This document shows positions 25,360 to 39,004 of a stretch of DNA of 64,000 bases, piece by piece. The notes under the pieces are model-generated. The model was given only the letters and a program-made list of their open reading frames with translations, did not search any database and was not told where the DNA came from. How positions within the stretch are numbered: the stretch's first letter is position 1; every line of letters begins with the position of its first letter. The translations under genes and the position numbers were made by a program. The DNA comes from Octopus sinensis (lineage: Eukaryota): positions 133,486,001 through 133,550,000 of the forward strand of contig NC_043000.1 of assembly GCF_006345805.1 (NCBI RefSeq). Direction: 5' to 3'.

Positions 25360-25710
25360 ACAAGGCCAACAATTTTGAAGGGATAAGATTATTCGATTCA
25401 ATCGACCCCAATATTTGACTGACGCTTTATTTTATCAATTCTGAAAGAATGAAAGGCAAAGTCTAATTCAGCAGGATTTGAACTCAAAATGTAAAATGTA
25501 GTAAGAATACTGCAAGTCACGAAATCGCTAATAATTCTGTTTATCCACGGCTTTAATAATTTCTAATTTAGGCACAAATCCAGCGATTCCGTGGAAGGGA
25601 TTAGTCGATTAAATCAATTCCAGTACCTGACTGGTGCTTTATTTTTATCAACCCCTGAGAAATTGAAGGCCAAGTTGACCTCGGTGGTATTTAAACTCGA
25701 AATAAAAGTC
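25360..25710 (-). mobile_element. Two old SINE family B remnants
   Basis: gaaaggcaaagtc..gatttgaactc and ggccaagttgacctcggtggtatttaaactc. Confidence 0.6.
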
Positions 25711-26149
25711 TACATTGAAATTGACCCAGTGTAAAATAAAAAAATGCAAGTGTAAGCCTACACAGTGTACACAATTCCATAATGTCCTTAGAGGAGGACT
25801 AATCAAAGAACCCCATACATCTTACAAGTGTCCCTTGCCCGACAGATGCATGCTGAGAGTAAACGCATTTACTTGGGACATGCTTTCTACCCGTTGTTAG
25901 ATTACTGGAGAGCACCTCACTTTACTTTAAAAAGTTGATAATGACTTTGCTAGAGAATAAAATGAATATTTTTGGTCCTTTCAGTCTACATATGACCACC
26001 AAACGGAGAAAGATTGCCCGAATTTCCCACAAACAGGAAAGTGGTGGGATGATTTTCACTCAGTCGATAAATCTGTCCTACACGCTACAGCAACCGTTTG
26101 ATAAAAATCCACAAGTTAGCAATGCTCAGATACAGAACTAATTTGTAAA

Positions 26150-26950
26150 GAATGATTTAATCGTTCTGCTCACACCACGGAAAGTCCAGGTTAAAAGCAT
26201 TTTCGCTCCCGCAGAGTTTATCTCGAACCAGCAATGCACCCCGGAGGCACCACTTGGCCACACATTTCTGTACCTGTATTATATGGGCCAAAATTTCTCC
26301 GAAATTGACCAGCCAGTTGATCCTTGGTGACATCAAGAGTTTCCCTAAGGTTATTGTCTATCTTTTCTATCGCAAGCCCTTTATCAGTCGAAATCCTAAC
26401 TGGTAGCGGGTTATGAGAGCCTGACAGCATTCCAGGTGTCAGGGTTCTCTTTCTTGATCTTCGCTTTATCCAGAACAGTCGCTTCATCAAAGAACCAAAC
26501 TGTGAAATAACGTGCGCAATAAATGGCGACTACACCTCTCATCGCCCAGAATCGCCGCAGATGCAGCAGCCTTATTATTTGTCTGTGCATGATCAGCCAC
26601 GGCTTATCACACGATCTGTGCAAAAAGTGTTGGCTGTAGACGAACTGTCTGACCACTGGAATCCGACTCTTTCATAAGTAGCGAAACAGCAGAAATTCCA
26701 ATCTGGTTAGACAAAAACGGGGCAAAGAGCAACGGTCAAGCGGCAATATATAACAAAGGCGATACACATGTTTGCCATATCAATGCGAACTGTTACGGAT
26801 AACTTTCTTTCAGTCCATTTCTAACTGTGGCTAGCCACCTTGGTCGTAATCACACCTGTTTCTATCTACCAGGAGATCCGGATCTAACATATAGCCCCTT
26901 CTTCATTTGGTTACACAATCTTCGCCATCAGAGAAATAGTTCTTAAGTAA
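26150..26950 (-). other. Unassigned coding-like, GC-elevated segment with frameshifts and stops
   Basis: Frames WFFDEATVLDKAKIKKENPDTWNAVRLS and HNPLPVRISTDKGLAIEKIDNNLRETLDVTKDQLAGQFRRNFGPYNTG join with one 2-bp indel. Strong acceptor-like ttgtctaaccag at 26703. Family not recognised. Confidence 0.3.
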
Positions 26951-27871
26951 TAAGTAGAAGAGAGATTCTTTCTTTTTGTCCCGTGTTACTGTTGTATAAA
27001 GCCAAGACAACCCTAAAAGAACCAATCTATGATCAAATGCATTTCGCCTCTTTTCAGATATAGCATATTCTATTGTCTTGTCAAAATGATAGGGTGTCGG
27101 CTGAAAGAAATCCAGCAGCTATTTCTGGCCGGTCAAGAGTTCACGCCAGGACTCTTTCGCTGACTCCGTTTTCTCATGCTTAGCTCGAGCTCAACTCAGA
27201 TCGAACGTGTTCTAGTCGTAGCGATCTCATCTTTAATTCAGTCATATGTCTAGGACCACATTATACAACATATTTATCTTTTAAGACGGCAAATTTTGAT
27301 TTGAGTAAGATTTGGCTGCTATTTCTAATAAGTTGAGCAACCATGCAGAAATTTCTCCGTTGGCCGGGCAGAATTCCGCGTTGGCTTATATTTTTACCTT
27401 GTCAATGTCGTAGCTAGAGTGGGTGCCGCCCGGAGCAGCCCTTGAATTTGTTGACGCCCACCAACCTGCCCCCTATTCAGGATTATACAGCTGACCCAAA
27501 AGTTTCCCTCTCCTTAAAAGCGTCACCCTAGGCGGAATGCTCCTCGTGCCCCATCGACTAGCCACGCGATTATGCTATCACATTCCAGGAAGACATAAGC
27601 TAGACTTAATACTGGTCATTTTTGAACGCAGAAACGTGAGTCACCGAACTAAATACACAACCATAATGAATCACCAAACACTCCTTCCGTTATGACAGTT
27701 TCTTACATAGACATGAAACAGTAGATATTTTAGAATAATCAATTATTACTGGTGTAACATTCAAGATGTTTTTGGAAAGGGAATAAGGATGTAAATGAAA
27801 TAATTTTGAAGAATAGAAATTTGGTTTTGTTTAACCTTATTTTGTTAAACTTTATTTTATCGATCCTGAGA

Positions 27872-28035
27872 AGGCGCAGGAGTGGCTGAGTGGTAAGTAG
27901 CTTGCTTACTAACCACATGGTTCCGGGTTAAGTTCCATTGCGTGGCACCTTGGAAAAGTGTCTTCTACTATAGCCTCGGGCCGACCAAAGCCTTGTGAGT
28001 GGATTTGGTAGACGGAAACTGAAAGAAGCCCGTCG

Positions 28036-28068
<33 letters not shown>

Positions 28069-28275
28069 GTTTGCATGTCTGTATTTGTCCCCCCAGCATC
28101 ACTCGACAACCGATGCTGGTGTGTTTACGTCCCCGTAACTTAGCGGTTCGGCCAAAGAGTCCGATAGAATAAGTACTTGGCTTACAAAGAATAAGTCCTG
28201 GGGTCGGTTTGCTCGACTAAAGGCGGTACTCCAGCATGGCCGCAGTCAAATGACGGAAACAAGTAAAAGAGTAAA
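27872..28275 (+). mobile_element. SINE family A, full length
   Basis: Family consensus match. Confidence 0.9.
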
Positions 28276-28799
28276 GGGTAAGAACGAACGGTAAAGTCGA
28301 CCTCAGTGGGATATGAACTGAAACTGTAAAGGGACTCCACAAAATAGCGTAAATTATTTTGATTTAGCGGATTTGGTCTCATATGATGCACTTTCCCCCA
28401 AACCACAGTCTCTCAAATCCTCATTCCGGGTACAATATGCGAAGTTGCTTTAAATATTACACGCTTCAATGCGCTAACAACTTTTTTTCCCTAGTATATG
28501 CGTTGCTGGAATTGGGATGTGTCTTGTATGCTCATGCGTTTTTTTATGTCATTTAATGCAACAGTCTCTGTCGATTCCACTAATCCAAAGCGTTTTCGAA
28601 ATAACAATAGTTATTATAGTTCTTACATAGGCTTGGTGTTTAAGCTTTTAACAGAATAAGTAAGTGTGGTGTGATGTTTATGTTTTCTTAATAGCATTAA
28701 TGACACGAGTGATGACGAGAAGTGTTAATGTTAATGGAAATGCAATCATTTGTCAGACAGTTTGGCGAGTGTATCTCTATTCTGTGACGGGAAGTACTT

Positions 28800-29305
28800 T
28801 ATTGAAAAAAAAAACAAAAAAAAAAAACGAAGAAGAAAGAGATGAAGACGAAAGAGAAAGAGAAGATAAAGAAGACAAATATGAAAAAGAAAATGAAGAC
28901 GGATAAGTAAGAGGAGATGAAGACAAAAAAGAAAGCGATGAAGAAAGTGAAAAGAAAGAAGGAGAATAAGAGAAGGGGAACAAGAAGAATGAATGGAAGA
29001 CTATCAAAAAAAAAAAAGAAGAGAAGAAAGGGAAGAGGGAAAGAAGAAAGAGAGACGACGATAAAGAAAGAGAAGAAAGAGAATCAAGAAATGGTGATGG
29101 AGAAGAAGGAAAAGAAAAAATAAGGGGAAACAGAAATGGAAGAAATAAAGGGGAAAAAACTAGATAATAATAATAATAATAATATTAATAATGATAATAA
29201 CAACAACAGCAACAACAATCATAATGATAATAATAATGATAACAACAACAATAATAATGTTAATAATAATGATAATAATAATAATAATAATAATGATAAT
29301 AATCC
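28800..29305. repeat. Purine-rich (GAA/GA) low-complexity tract followed by (AAT/AAC)n
   Basis: Read directly; the K/E/R-rich ORFs are artefacts. Confidence 0.9.
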
Positions 29306-29747
29306 TTTCTACTAAAAGCACAAGACCCGAAATGTTTTAGGGGTGAAGGCTTGTCGATTACATTGACTTCAGTGCTCAGCTGGCACTTATTTCCTCGATC
29401 ACGACTGTATGAAAGGTAAAGTCGACCTCGGCAGAATTTGATCTAAGAACATAGAGACGGACGAGATGCAGCTAATCATCTTGTCCGACGTGCTAACGTG
29501 TCTGCTAGCTTGCCGCCTTAATAATGATAATAATCCTTTCTATTAAAGGCACAAGGCCTGAAATTTTGAGGGGAGGGAACTAGTCGATTACATCGACCCC
29601 AGTGTTTCACTGGTACTTAATTTATCGACCCCGAAAAGATGAAAAGCAAAGTCGACTGCGGCAGAATTTGAACTCAGAACGTAGCGACGGGCGAAGTATC
29701 GCTAAGTTTTTCGTCCAGTGTGCTAACGATTCTGCCAGCTCGCCGCC

Positions 29748-29835
<88 letters not shown>
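29305..29835 (-). mobile_element. Two tandem SINE family B copies with (ATT)n flanks
   Basis: Heads end at ~29518 and 29748; (aat)n at 29749-29835. Confidence 0.85.
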
Positions 29836-29836
<1 letters not shown>

Positions 29837-29999
29837 GCGATGATGCTGATGATTTTAATTGCAATAATAAATATCACTATTTAAGCTAGAAGAATTAAAG
29901 TTACTGCGGGATATCTAAAGACAACACATTAACAACAATAACAATAACGGCAACTCGTTAAAGCGAAAGTGAAAGTAGAATACAAAACTATTGACTTAC

Positions 30000-30113
30000 T
30001 CTGCTGCTAGCACGTGACAGTGGCCAAAAGCTATTGGCATGGAGACGCGGAATCCACGCCGATGCCATATAACAGCACAGACAAAATAGGAATCCGCTCG
30101 CAATCAACTTCAT
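30000..30113 (-). CDS. Candidate first coding exon of a secreted protein (signal peptide)
   Basis: accATG MKLIASGFLFCLCCYMASA-WIPRLHANSFWPLSRASSR (38 codons), ending at a phase-0 donor AGA|GTAAGT. Unique, GC-elevated sequence with a TATA box 51 nt upstream. Confidence 0.55.
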
Positions 30114-30156
30114 GGTTCTCACTTTTCAGTTATGGAATTCGGGACGAAGCTTCTTA

Positions 30157-30164
30157 TATTTATA
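30157..30164 (-). promoter_or_regulatory. Candidate TATA box (TATAAATA)
   Basis: Position fits a TSS near 30134 and a ~20-nt 5'UTR. AT-rich background makes chance matches common. Confidence 0.4.
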
Positions 30165-30642
30165 AAAAAAACCTCCAGAAAATGTAGCACCCACTCAAAT
30201 AATGGCAATACTGCTGCTACTGTTGATGTTTCTGTTGTTGCTGCTTCTGTTATTGTAGTTGTTGCTGCTGGTGCTGCTGCTGCTTTTACTGACAACTGTT
30301 GCAAGTGTTGTTACTGCAAGTGTTCTTACTGCAAGTGATGCTATATGCAGCTAAGCTTGTTTTCTTGTGTGCGTCGAACTCAGAGTAAAACTGATTTATG
30401 ATTATTTATTTATTCATTTATTATCTTCTTTTTTTTTTTGTGGGATGCTTTGTCTTCGATTCTTGCAAGTTCTTCAATTAAAGCAAACACCAGGAACCGT
30501 TTATAGCAGCCTGTCATTGAATCAACCAATCAGAAACTCTCGTGGTACTTTTCAATTTAAACTTATCGAAATTTTTGGTCCCACCTACTTCGATGACAGA
30601 CCAAAGGCGGATGTGAAACATTCTCTCTTTTTTCTTTTCTGT

Positions 30643-30699
<57 letters not shown>

Positions 30700-31108
30700 T
30701 GCACACGTTACCAAATTTAAGAATAAGTTATGAAAAACAAAGGAAACACTTGTAGAAACACAACCAGGCATGCACGCACGTACGCACACACACCTGCTAC
30801 ACACGCATGCACGCACACACACGTACACGCACACGCCACTATCCTGTGTGTGTGCGTGAGCGTGTGTTAGTATGTGTATAGGCATACATCTACATGTGTT
30901 TTAGGCTGTCCGTCCACATAGCTGCATAATTGATTTAGCATATTTGCAACGCAACGCAACGCCCACGCATATTTATATAAATTAATGCATAAATATGAAA
31001 ACATTTTTGCCGTACAGCAACAGGTTTAGCATTGTATATACATGCAATATTACAGCGGAATACATTCATGCATGCATATATACATGCATACATACATTCA
31101 CACACACA

Positions 31109-31149
<41 letters not shown>

Positions 31150-31235
31150 GACATGTGTCTCTGTGATTATATACACACGGACGCATACATATCCATATCA
31201 TACATATATATATGTGTGTGGGTGCGAGCGTGCGT

Positions 31236-31299
<64 letters not shown>

Positions 31300-32029
31300 A
31301 TATATATAGTAATATCGTTTGTTTGTTATTAAAAACCTTGTTCTTTTTTCAGGATGATAGGGGTAATTAGTGGGAGATTTAGTTGCTATTTTTAGCAAGC
31401 TGACTGACCGTATGGAGGCTCTATGTGCTTTATTTCCATTCTAAGCTGTGCTGCACATTAGTCTGTCCTCAGACAATTCTATTAGTGTATATATAAGAAG
31501 TGGTTCATACCCGTTCTCTCCAACTTTCTCCCTTTCTACAGATAAGGGCTACGGGAGAGGTCCCCTTCGATTCTCTCCACGGTGCAATAGAATTGATTCA
31601 GAGAAAGGGGGAAGAAGGGGAGAGGGAGAGGAAAAGGGAAAGGGAAAGAGGGGGGAGAGAATGAATTGATTCTCCTTATGTGATAGTTTATTTATCGATC
31701 TTAGAAACGATGAAAGGCAAAGTTGACCTGGGCGGGATTTGGACTCCGGGCACTGAGAGTCGAAATAAATACCGCAAGATATTCGATTCGTCGCCGTACT
31801 GACTCGGTTCGCCAATTTAGAGTGTCTATAGTTGAATAATGGCTTCCAATTAGGCATAAGGACAGATATTTTTTAAAGATCGATTTCAGTACTTGATTGG
31901 TACTTTATTTTATCGACCTTGGTAAGATTTGAACTCGGAATATAAAAAACTGGAACAAATATGGAAGGTAATTTTCCTATGTTCTGACGATTCTGACAAT
32001 ACATAGTTCTGTCTACAGTTGAATAATAA

Positions 32030-32829
32030 TCCTTTCTACAATAGGCACAAGGCCTGAGATTTTGGGGGAGGGGGGTCAGTCGATTTAATCAACTCCAGTA
32101 TGCAACTGGTATTTAATTTATCGGCCCTGAAATGATGAAATGCCAAGTCGATTGCAGCGGGAATTGAACTCAGAACATAGCGACGGACGAAATACCTCTC
32201 AGCATTTAGTTCGGCGTGCTAACGTTTCTTATTTCTTTATTGCTCACAAGGGGCTAAACATAGAGGGGACAAACAAGGACAGACAAAGGGATTAAGTCGA
32301 TTACAAAGGGATTAAGTAACTAGTACTTAATTTATCGACCCCGAATGGATGAAAGGGAAAGTCGACCTCGGCGGAACTTGAACTCAGAACGTAACGGCAG
32401 ACGAAATACCTATTTCTTTACTACCCACAAGGGGCTAAACACAGAGGGGACAAACAAGGACAGACAAACGGATTAAGTCGATTATATCGACCCCAGTTCG
32501 TAACTGGTACTTATTTAATCGACCCCGAAAGAATGAAAGGCAAAGTCGACCTCGGCGGAATTTGAACTCAGAACGTAGCGACAGACAAAATACCTATTTC
32601 TATTTTTTTTACTACCCACAAGGGGCTAAACACAGAGAAAAACAAGGACAGACACACGGATTAAGTCGATTACATCGACCCCAGTGCGTAAATGGTACTT
32701 AATTTATCGACCCCGAAAGGATGAAAGGCAATGTCGACCTCAGCGGAATTTGAACTCAGTACGTTGCAGCGGACGAAATACGGCTACGCATTTCGCCCGG
32801 CGTGCTAACGTTTCTGCCAGCTTGCTGCC
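32030..32829 (-). mobile_element. SINE family B trimer (32230-32829) next to an older copy
   Basis: Junctions gaaata|ggtattt at 32410/1 and 32594/5. Confidence 0.88.
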
Positions 32830-32877
32830 TTCAGTTGAACGGTTTCTGATTGAAGTACAAGGCTAGCAATTTTAAAG

Positions 32878-33130
32878 TTGTTGTTTGTTCCTTCTTGAAC
32901 CATGCCTGGCTCATAAGGGCCGGTTTCTAAGTTTCATCGGTGTGTAGGTTTCCCACCTGGACGGGACGCCGGCCCGTCGCAGGTGAACTGCTTGATGCAG
33001 GAAGAAAGCGTGAGCCGCGTGAATCTTAGGTGTTTCGCTCATAAACACACACATTGCCCAGTCTGAGATTCGAACTCTTGATCTCCCGACCGCGAGACCA
33101 CTGCTCTAACCACTAGGCCATGTGCCTCCA
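32878..33130 (-). mobile_element. SINE family C-related variant
   Basis: Head ggaggcacatggcctagtggttagagc, same as the 49474 copy. Confidence 0.8.
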
Positions 33131-34377
33131 CCAATTGTAAAGTTGGATATTTGTAAATACCATCACCTCAAACCTCTTATTGGTGCTGGTGGTATTTTAA
33201 CTCAGGATGTAAGGGGCTGGAAAAAATACAGCAAGGTCCTTTTTCCAATGCTTTATAGAATTTGCTAAACCATTGTTTTCCATGCAAATGAACAAATCTT
33301 TCAACAAAAAGTACAAAACCAGCAGTTTTGGGGCAGAGGCGAGTCGATTTCATCGATCCATGGACTCAAGGGGTATTTATTTCATCGACCCCGAAAAGAC
33401 GAAAGGCGAAGATGACCTCTGCCAGCTCGCTGCATTACTAGAAAGGAATAGTAAGACGGGTAAATACTGAATTAATATGGGTAGATACTGGGTAAAATGT
33501 TACTTCAAAACCTGATTTTTTTTTGCAGAAAAGAGGATTCAGATCTCCATAAATGTAATATGTTTTGTTATCTTATTCCGAGACTGATGGAAGTGGAGGG
33601 GACTGAGGGAAGAAAGTATCTTCAAACTGGAGACCTGGTCCCGAATGCTTGCAAATAAAATGGATGCCGATAAAGTACTCAACATGTCATGTGGTTGTGT
33701 CTAAACGAGCAACGGATTAAGTCCACTAACCATGTAGGCCATGAGAGTTTCGAACTCAGAATGCAAAGAGCTGGAACAAATACAGAAATGCATCCCATCC
33801 GATGTTCTTATTACCTTACACTGCAATTTTATTTTACTCACCCCGAAAGAATGAAAGGAAAAGTTGACCTCAGCGGAATTCGAACTCAGTGTGCGGAGAG
33901 TAGGAGCAAATATCGCGAAGTATTTTATCCGAAGCTCAACGAATCTGCCAATTCACTTTGTCGGTTGGCTACTTTACGTCGTTGGCCAATGGTATTGCAG
34001 AATCAGTAACTTAACCACTTCTGCTGTGCCTTGGCAGTTTCCCGAAGCAAAAGCCTAGCCCCAAGCACTTGCTTCTGGGAACAGCCAAGGTACAGAATAG
34101 ATGGTTAAGTACACATATCATGAAGGAAAGCCAAATCAATATTTCGCAGCATTTTGTCCGTCTTTATGTTCAGAGTTCAAATGCTGCTGAGGCCGACTTT
34201 ACCTTTCACCCTTTCGATAAAATAATTACCAGTTGGACACTAGAGCTGATGTAAATGACTTACCCCCATCTCCAAAATTACTAGCCTTATGCCAAAACTT
34301 GAAACCAGTACGTTCGCAGCATCTATGGAGCCGCAGGGGATGCCAGATATTGGTTAAGTTTGATCGGACATATCTGT

Positions 34378-34605
34378 TTCTTTATTGCCCACAAGGGGCT
34401 AAACATAGAGGGGACAAACAAGGACAGACAAACGGATTAAGTCGATTACATCGACCCCAGTGCGTAACTGGTACTTAATTTATCGACCCCGAAAGGATGA
34501 AAGGCAAAGTCGACCTCGGCGGAATTTGAACTCAGAACGCAACGACAGACGCAATACCGCTAAGCATTTCGCCCGGTGTGCTAACGTTTCTGCCAGCTCG
34601 CCGCC
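34378..34605 (-). mobile_element. SINE family B, young full-length copy, 18-bp TSD
   Basis: TSD ttgatcggacatatctgt at 34360-34377 and 34606-34623. Confidence 0.95.
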
Positions 34606-34817
34606 TTGATCGGACATATCTGTCTGTGTATACCTCTCTCATTTACGTTAAAGGCAAAGGTCTCTTGCACAAGGCCAATACAAGTTTAAAGGACGAATAG
34701 GACTGGTTCTGTACAAACCATACACCTTATAATTATAAATCCCTGCTGCTTTTGTGGGGTAATTTACTGAGTGTTTAAAAATGTTTTACAAGGAACATCA
34801 TACATTTATTTACATGT

Positions 34818-35232
34818 AGGCGCAGGAGTGGCTGTGTGGTAAGTAGCTTGTTTACCAACCACATGGTTCCGGGTTCAGTCCCACTGCGTGACAACTTGGG
34901 CAAGTGTCTTCTACTATAGCCTCGGGTCGACCAAAGCCTTGTGAGTGGATTTGGTAGACGGAAACTGAAAGAAGCCCGTCGTATATATGTATATATATAT
35001 ATGCGTGTGTGTGGTTGTGTGTCTGTGTTTGTCCCCCTAGCATTGTTTGACAACCGATGTTGGTGTGTTTATGTCCCCGTTACTTAGCGGTTCGGCAAAA
35101 GAGACCGATAGAATAAGTACTGGGCTTACAAAAGAATAAGTCCCGGGGGTCGAGTTGCTCGATTAAAGGCGGTGCTCCAGCATGGCCGCAGTCAAAATGA
35201 CTGAAACAAGTAAAAAAGAGAAAAGAGAAAGA
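34818..35232 (+). mobile_element. SINE family A, full length
   Basis: Family consensus match. Confidence 0.9.
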
Positions 35233-35724
35233 GAGTAGTATAACTGTAGTAAAGCGATGGATTAAAAACAAAGGCACAAACACGCACACACGCATACGCA
35301 CAAAAGAAAAACGCAATTGGAGTATTATTGTATTTTAGAAATGAGATTACATCTTGGGTGGCTGTACAGAATGATAGGAAACAGGAATCTAATATTGAAT
35401 TATTAGCAGAATATTTCAGATTTATAAAGAACAGGAATGAGAATCAATGAAGCCCAAACCCATATTCTGGTAAATGTTCTGCATTTTGAGATATCACTAA
35501 TATTGTTGATGCTACTTGGCCCCAGTCAGCTGTTATTATTCAGACCGATGATCAAAGACATTCATCTTCATTTTTAAGTATATAGCGTTTAGGAATAAGT
35601 TAATCAATAAATCTTTTCCTTTAAGACAGCATAGTGCGAGATGAGGGGTATTTGGCTGTTATTTCTTGCGGCTCGAGCGACCGCAAGAAGGGTTCCGGTT
35701 TGGTTGGTAATATTTTAGAAACCC

Positions 35725-35862
35725 TTAGGGTGGCGAGCTGGCAGACTTTGCCTTTCATCTTTTCGGGGTCGATAAATTAAGTACCAGTTGCGTACTGCGG
35801 TTGATCTAATCGACTGGCTCCCTCCCCCAAAATTTCGAGCCTTGTGCCTAGAATAGGAAAAA
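35725..35862 (+). mobile_element. SINE family B with internal deletion
   Basis: Head gggtggcgagctggcaga fused directly to ctttgcctttcatc. Confidence 0.8.
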
Positions 35863-36384
35863 AAAATATAAAGCACAACTAGAATAATGACCATGAAAAC
35901 ATCGCAGAATGTGATTTCGAACCATTTTACTTCACTTATGCTACATATTCGGTGGACACCTAGATTTTCTCAAAAATTCTCTTGGTGGTGGTGGTAGTGT
36001 TTTCTTTTTTTTTTAGGGCCGATTCAACTTTGATCAGTTTATGACCAAAAGCGTTCCAATCATGACAAACGTGTCTCTTTAGAAATATATCAAGAACTAC
36101 ATTATGTATTGTGTCATTTTATTTAGGGTGATAAAATCTGATTTGAGGGTGATTTGGTTGCTATTTATAGCATGTAGAGCAACCACACAGAGGCTCTCTC
36201 GTTGGCATTACTTTTAAAATTCTGCAATAAGTGTCTGCTAAATCACCTTGCAACGGTTAAGGGGCGCCCTCTAATAACTAGATGAAGAGGGAGGAGTATA
36301 AGCGATTCAAAGACAGGGTCACTAGAATCAGCAACCATCACGTTATATACTATAATTCTCGGCAAGGGTTTCTAAAACATCAAT

Positions 36385-36920
36385 TTCAAATTTTGGCACA
36401 AGGCCAGTAATTTCGGGGGAAAGTGTAAGTCGATTATATCGACACCGAAAGAATGAAAGGCAAAGTCGACCTCGGCAGAATTTGAACTCAGAACATAAAG
36501 ACAGACGAAATACCTAATTCTTTACTATCCACAAGGGGCTAAACATAGAGAGGACAAACAAGGACAGACAGACGGATTAAGTCGATTATATCGACCCCAG
36601 TGCGTAACTGGTACTTATTTAATCGACCCCGAAAGGCAAAGTCGACCTCGGCGGAATTTGAACCCAGAACGTAACGGCAGACGAAATACCTATTTCTTTA
36701 CTACCCACAAGGGGCTAAACAGAGAGGACAAACAAGGACAGACAAACGGATTAAGTCGATTACATCGACCCCAGTGCGTAACTGGTCCTTAATTTATCGA
36801 CCCCGAAAGGATGAAAGGCAAAGTCGACCTCGGCGGAATTTGAACTCAGAACGTAAAGGCAGACGAAATACGGCTACGCATTTCGCCCGGCGTGCTAACG
36901 TTTCTGCCAGCTCGCCGTCT
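36385..36920 (-). mobile_element. SINE family B multimer
   Basis: Junctions at 36514/5 and 36690/1. Confidence 0.88.
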
Positions 36921-37583
36921 TATTGTGCTTTCTATTTTACAAAATAAATGGTCACAGGTTAATAATGACGTCGTTTCATTTTACTCGTAATGGTCAGTAA
37001 TGGTCGAAAGAAAGGCATGAACATATAATGAGATTTCTTTTCGCACCATAATATTGAAGAGTTATTGCTGAAGGAAATCAATATTTTATATGTAGGATGT
37101 GTATTCTATCGAACAGAGCTAAAACATCCAATGTCTTGATTATGCGAAGCAATTTCGATTTCATGTTGCAGCAATTAAGTTCATTTACGTCTTTTTATGA
37201 ACTTACGAATAAAACATAAATATAACAGAATTCCATTCCAGCTAGAGATTTATATGTGATACATTGTGTTTCTTTAATTGGAACAACCATTTGATACAGG
37301 GCCATTATAATTGACTTCACTCCGATTTCGGTTCCCAACTCTAGCTATAGCAGATCAGTTACGCCATTAAAATTTTTGAGAAAGAGCTCAAACATAACTT
37401 AGTTTTATTTCCTCACTTATAAATATTTCATTACCTTCACTTTTTCACTAGACCAGTGCTTAATTCTCATTTTTCTTTTATAGCTGGAATTAGATGAGAG
37501 ACAATAATCTTCTAAACCAGACTTCAGTCTATCGTGGGTGATTTTTCATACTTTGCTATAGCATTCAGTTCACCGAACCATTC

Positions 37584-37796
37584 TTTTCTACTCTAGGCGC
37601 AAGGCCCGAAATTTTGGGGGAGGGGGCCAGTCGATTAGATCGACCCCAGTACGCAACTGTTACTTAATTTATCGACCTCGAAAGGATGAAAGGCAAAGTC
37701 GACCTCGGCGGAATTTGAACTCAGATCGTAAAGACAGACGAAATACTACTAAGCATTTCGCCCGGCGTGCTAACGTTTCTGCCAGCTCGCCGCTTT
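37584..37796 (-). mobile_element. SINE family B (ctagagtagaaaag-tail subfamily), 17-bp TSD
   Basis: agttcac(c/g)gaaccattc at 37567-37583 and 37797-37813. Confidence 0.9.
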
Positions 37797-38439
37797 AGTT
37801 CACGGAACCATTCGTCATTTTAAAGTATTGTCGCTGTTTCTCTGCTTATGTTTAGCACTTATTAAGGCTGGTGGAATTCAGCATTTTTCCTGGGTCTTCT
37901 TGACTGGAGAAAGAAATGGAAGAAGAAACTACAACCCATAAGTTATTCTAAAAGAGAAAACCTGGTTCGAATGCTTCTAAAATATAATGTTAAAAGCAGC
38001 AAGAATCAGGTAGTGGTGTTAAACCAAGTTATAGGTTAGCTATACCAGCCAAGGGTATTTACTGGCTGTGTGACATCCTTTCTCAGAGTTTCCGTCGGTC
38101 CAGTTTCACTTCGACCCGAAGGCTATCATAGAAGGCAGTGCCGGGCACAGTGCAATAAAATCCATCCAGGAACCACACAATAATCAAGGAAACTTCTTAA
38201 CGGCATATCATTCCAAGATATTTTTGCAGCTTCTCTTCACAGATGAACATCACTTCTAAAGGGTGTGATGTCATCTGTCACTACCCATGTTTTTCTTGCG
38301 GACATCGGTCGACAGATATTCTAATTGAACGCCAGCCGCATTCCTTTCATTATTTTGGAGGAGACAAAAAAAGAAAAAAAAAGGCTTAAAATTAAGGATC
38401 TCACCTTTAACTTTAAGACTTGTGTATGGCACTTTGAGC

Positions 38440-38750
38440 AAATGTTTTCTACTATAGCTCCGGGCCTATCACTGCCTTAGTGAGTGAAGTTGATGGAAGG
38501 AAACTGTGTTGAATCCCATTGTGTATATATATTCACACACACACACACACACACATAAATATATACATTCGTACACCCATACATGTATGTGTGTGACTGT
38601 GCTTTTGTCTCTATGTTGTTCCCACCGCTTGACAACCGGTGTTAGAAAGTTTACGTCCTCATAACTTAGCGGTTTAGCGAGAGATAACGATAGACTAAGT
38701 ACCAAACATAAAAAGTACTGGTATTGATATATTCGACTAAAACCCTTCAA
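38440..38750 (+). mobile_element. Diverged SINE family A-like copy
   Basis: ttctactatagctccggg...cgcttgacaaccgg...cttagcggtttagc. Confidence 0.7.
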
Positions 38751-39004
38751 CGAATAAACGATAAGCGATCCTCACTAACATCTCCCCACAACACTGACAT
38801 TAATTTCTTTGGCTCTGCAATTCACATTATCATCACCCCAATCCTCATCATTTGTATTGAACACCAGTAACAACATTTCAGTCTATGACATTTATTATTA
38901 TCATCATCATCCCATTATCATCTTAACTGAAATCACGTTTTAAATCTCAACTTTATATAATTTCATTGTTGGTATTTCATTATAACCCTGGTTCCAAACT
39001 TCAG

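Noticed and set aside
27406-27570. Possible small MITE (gtagctag...ctagccac ends)
   Set aside because: The TIR match is short and imperfect, with no TSD; too weak to call.
28777-29123. K/E/R-rich and F/S-rich ORFs
   Set aside because: They come from purine-rich low-complexity DNA.
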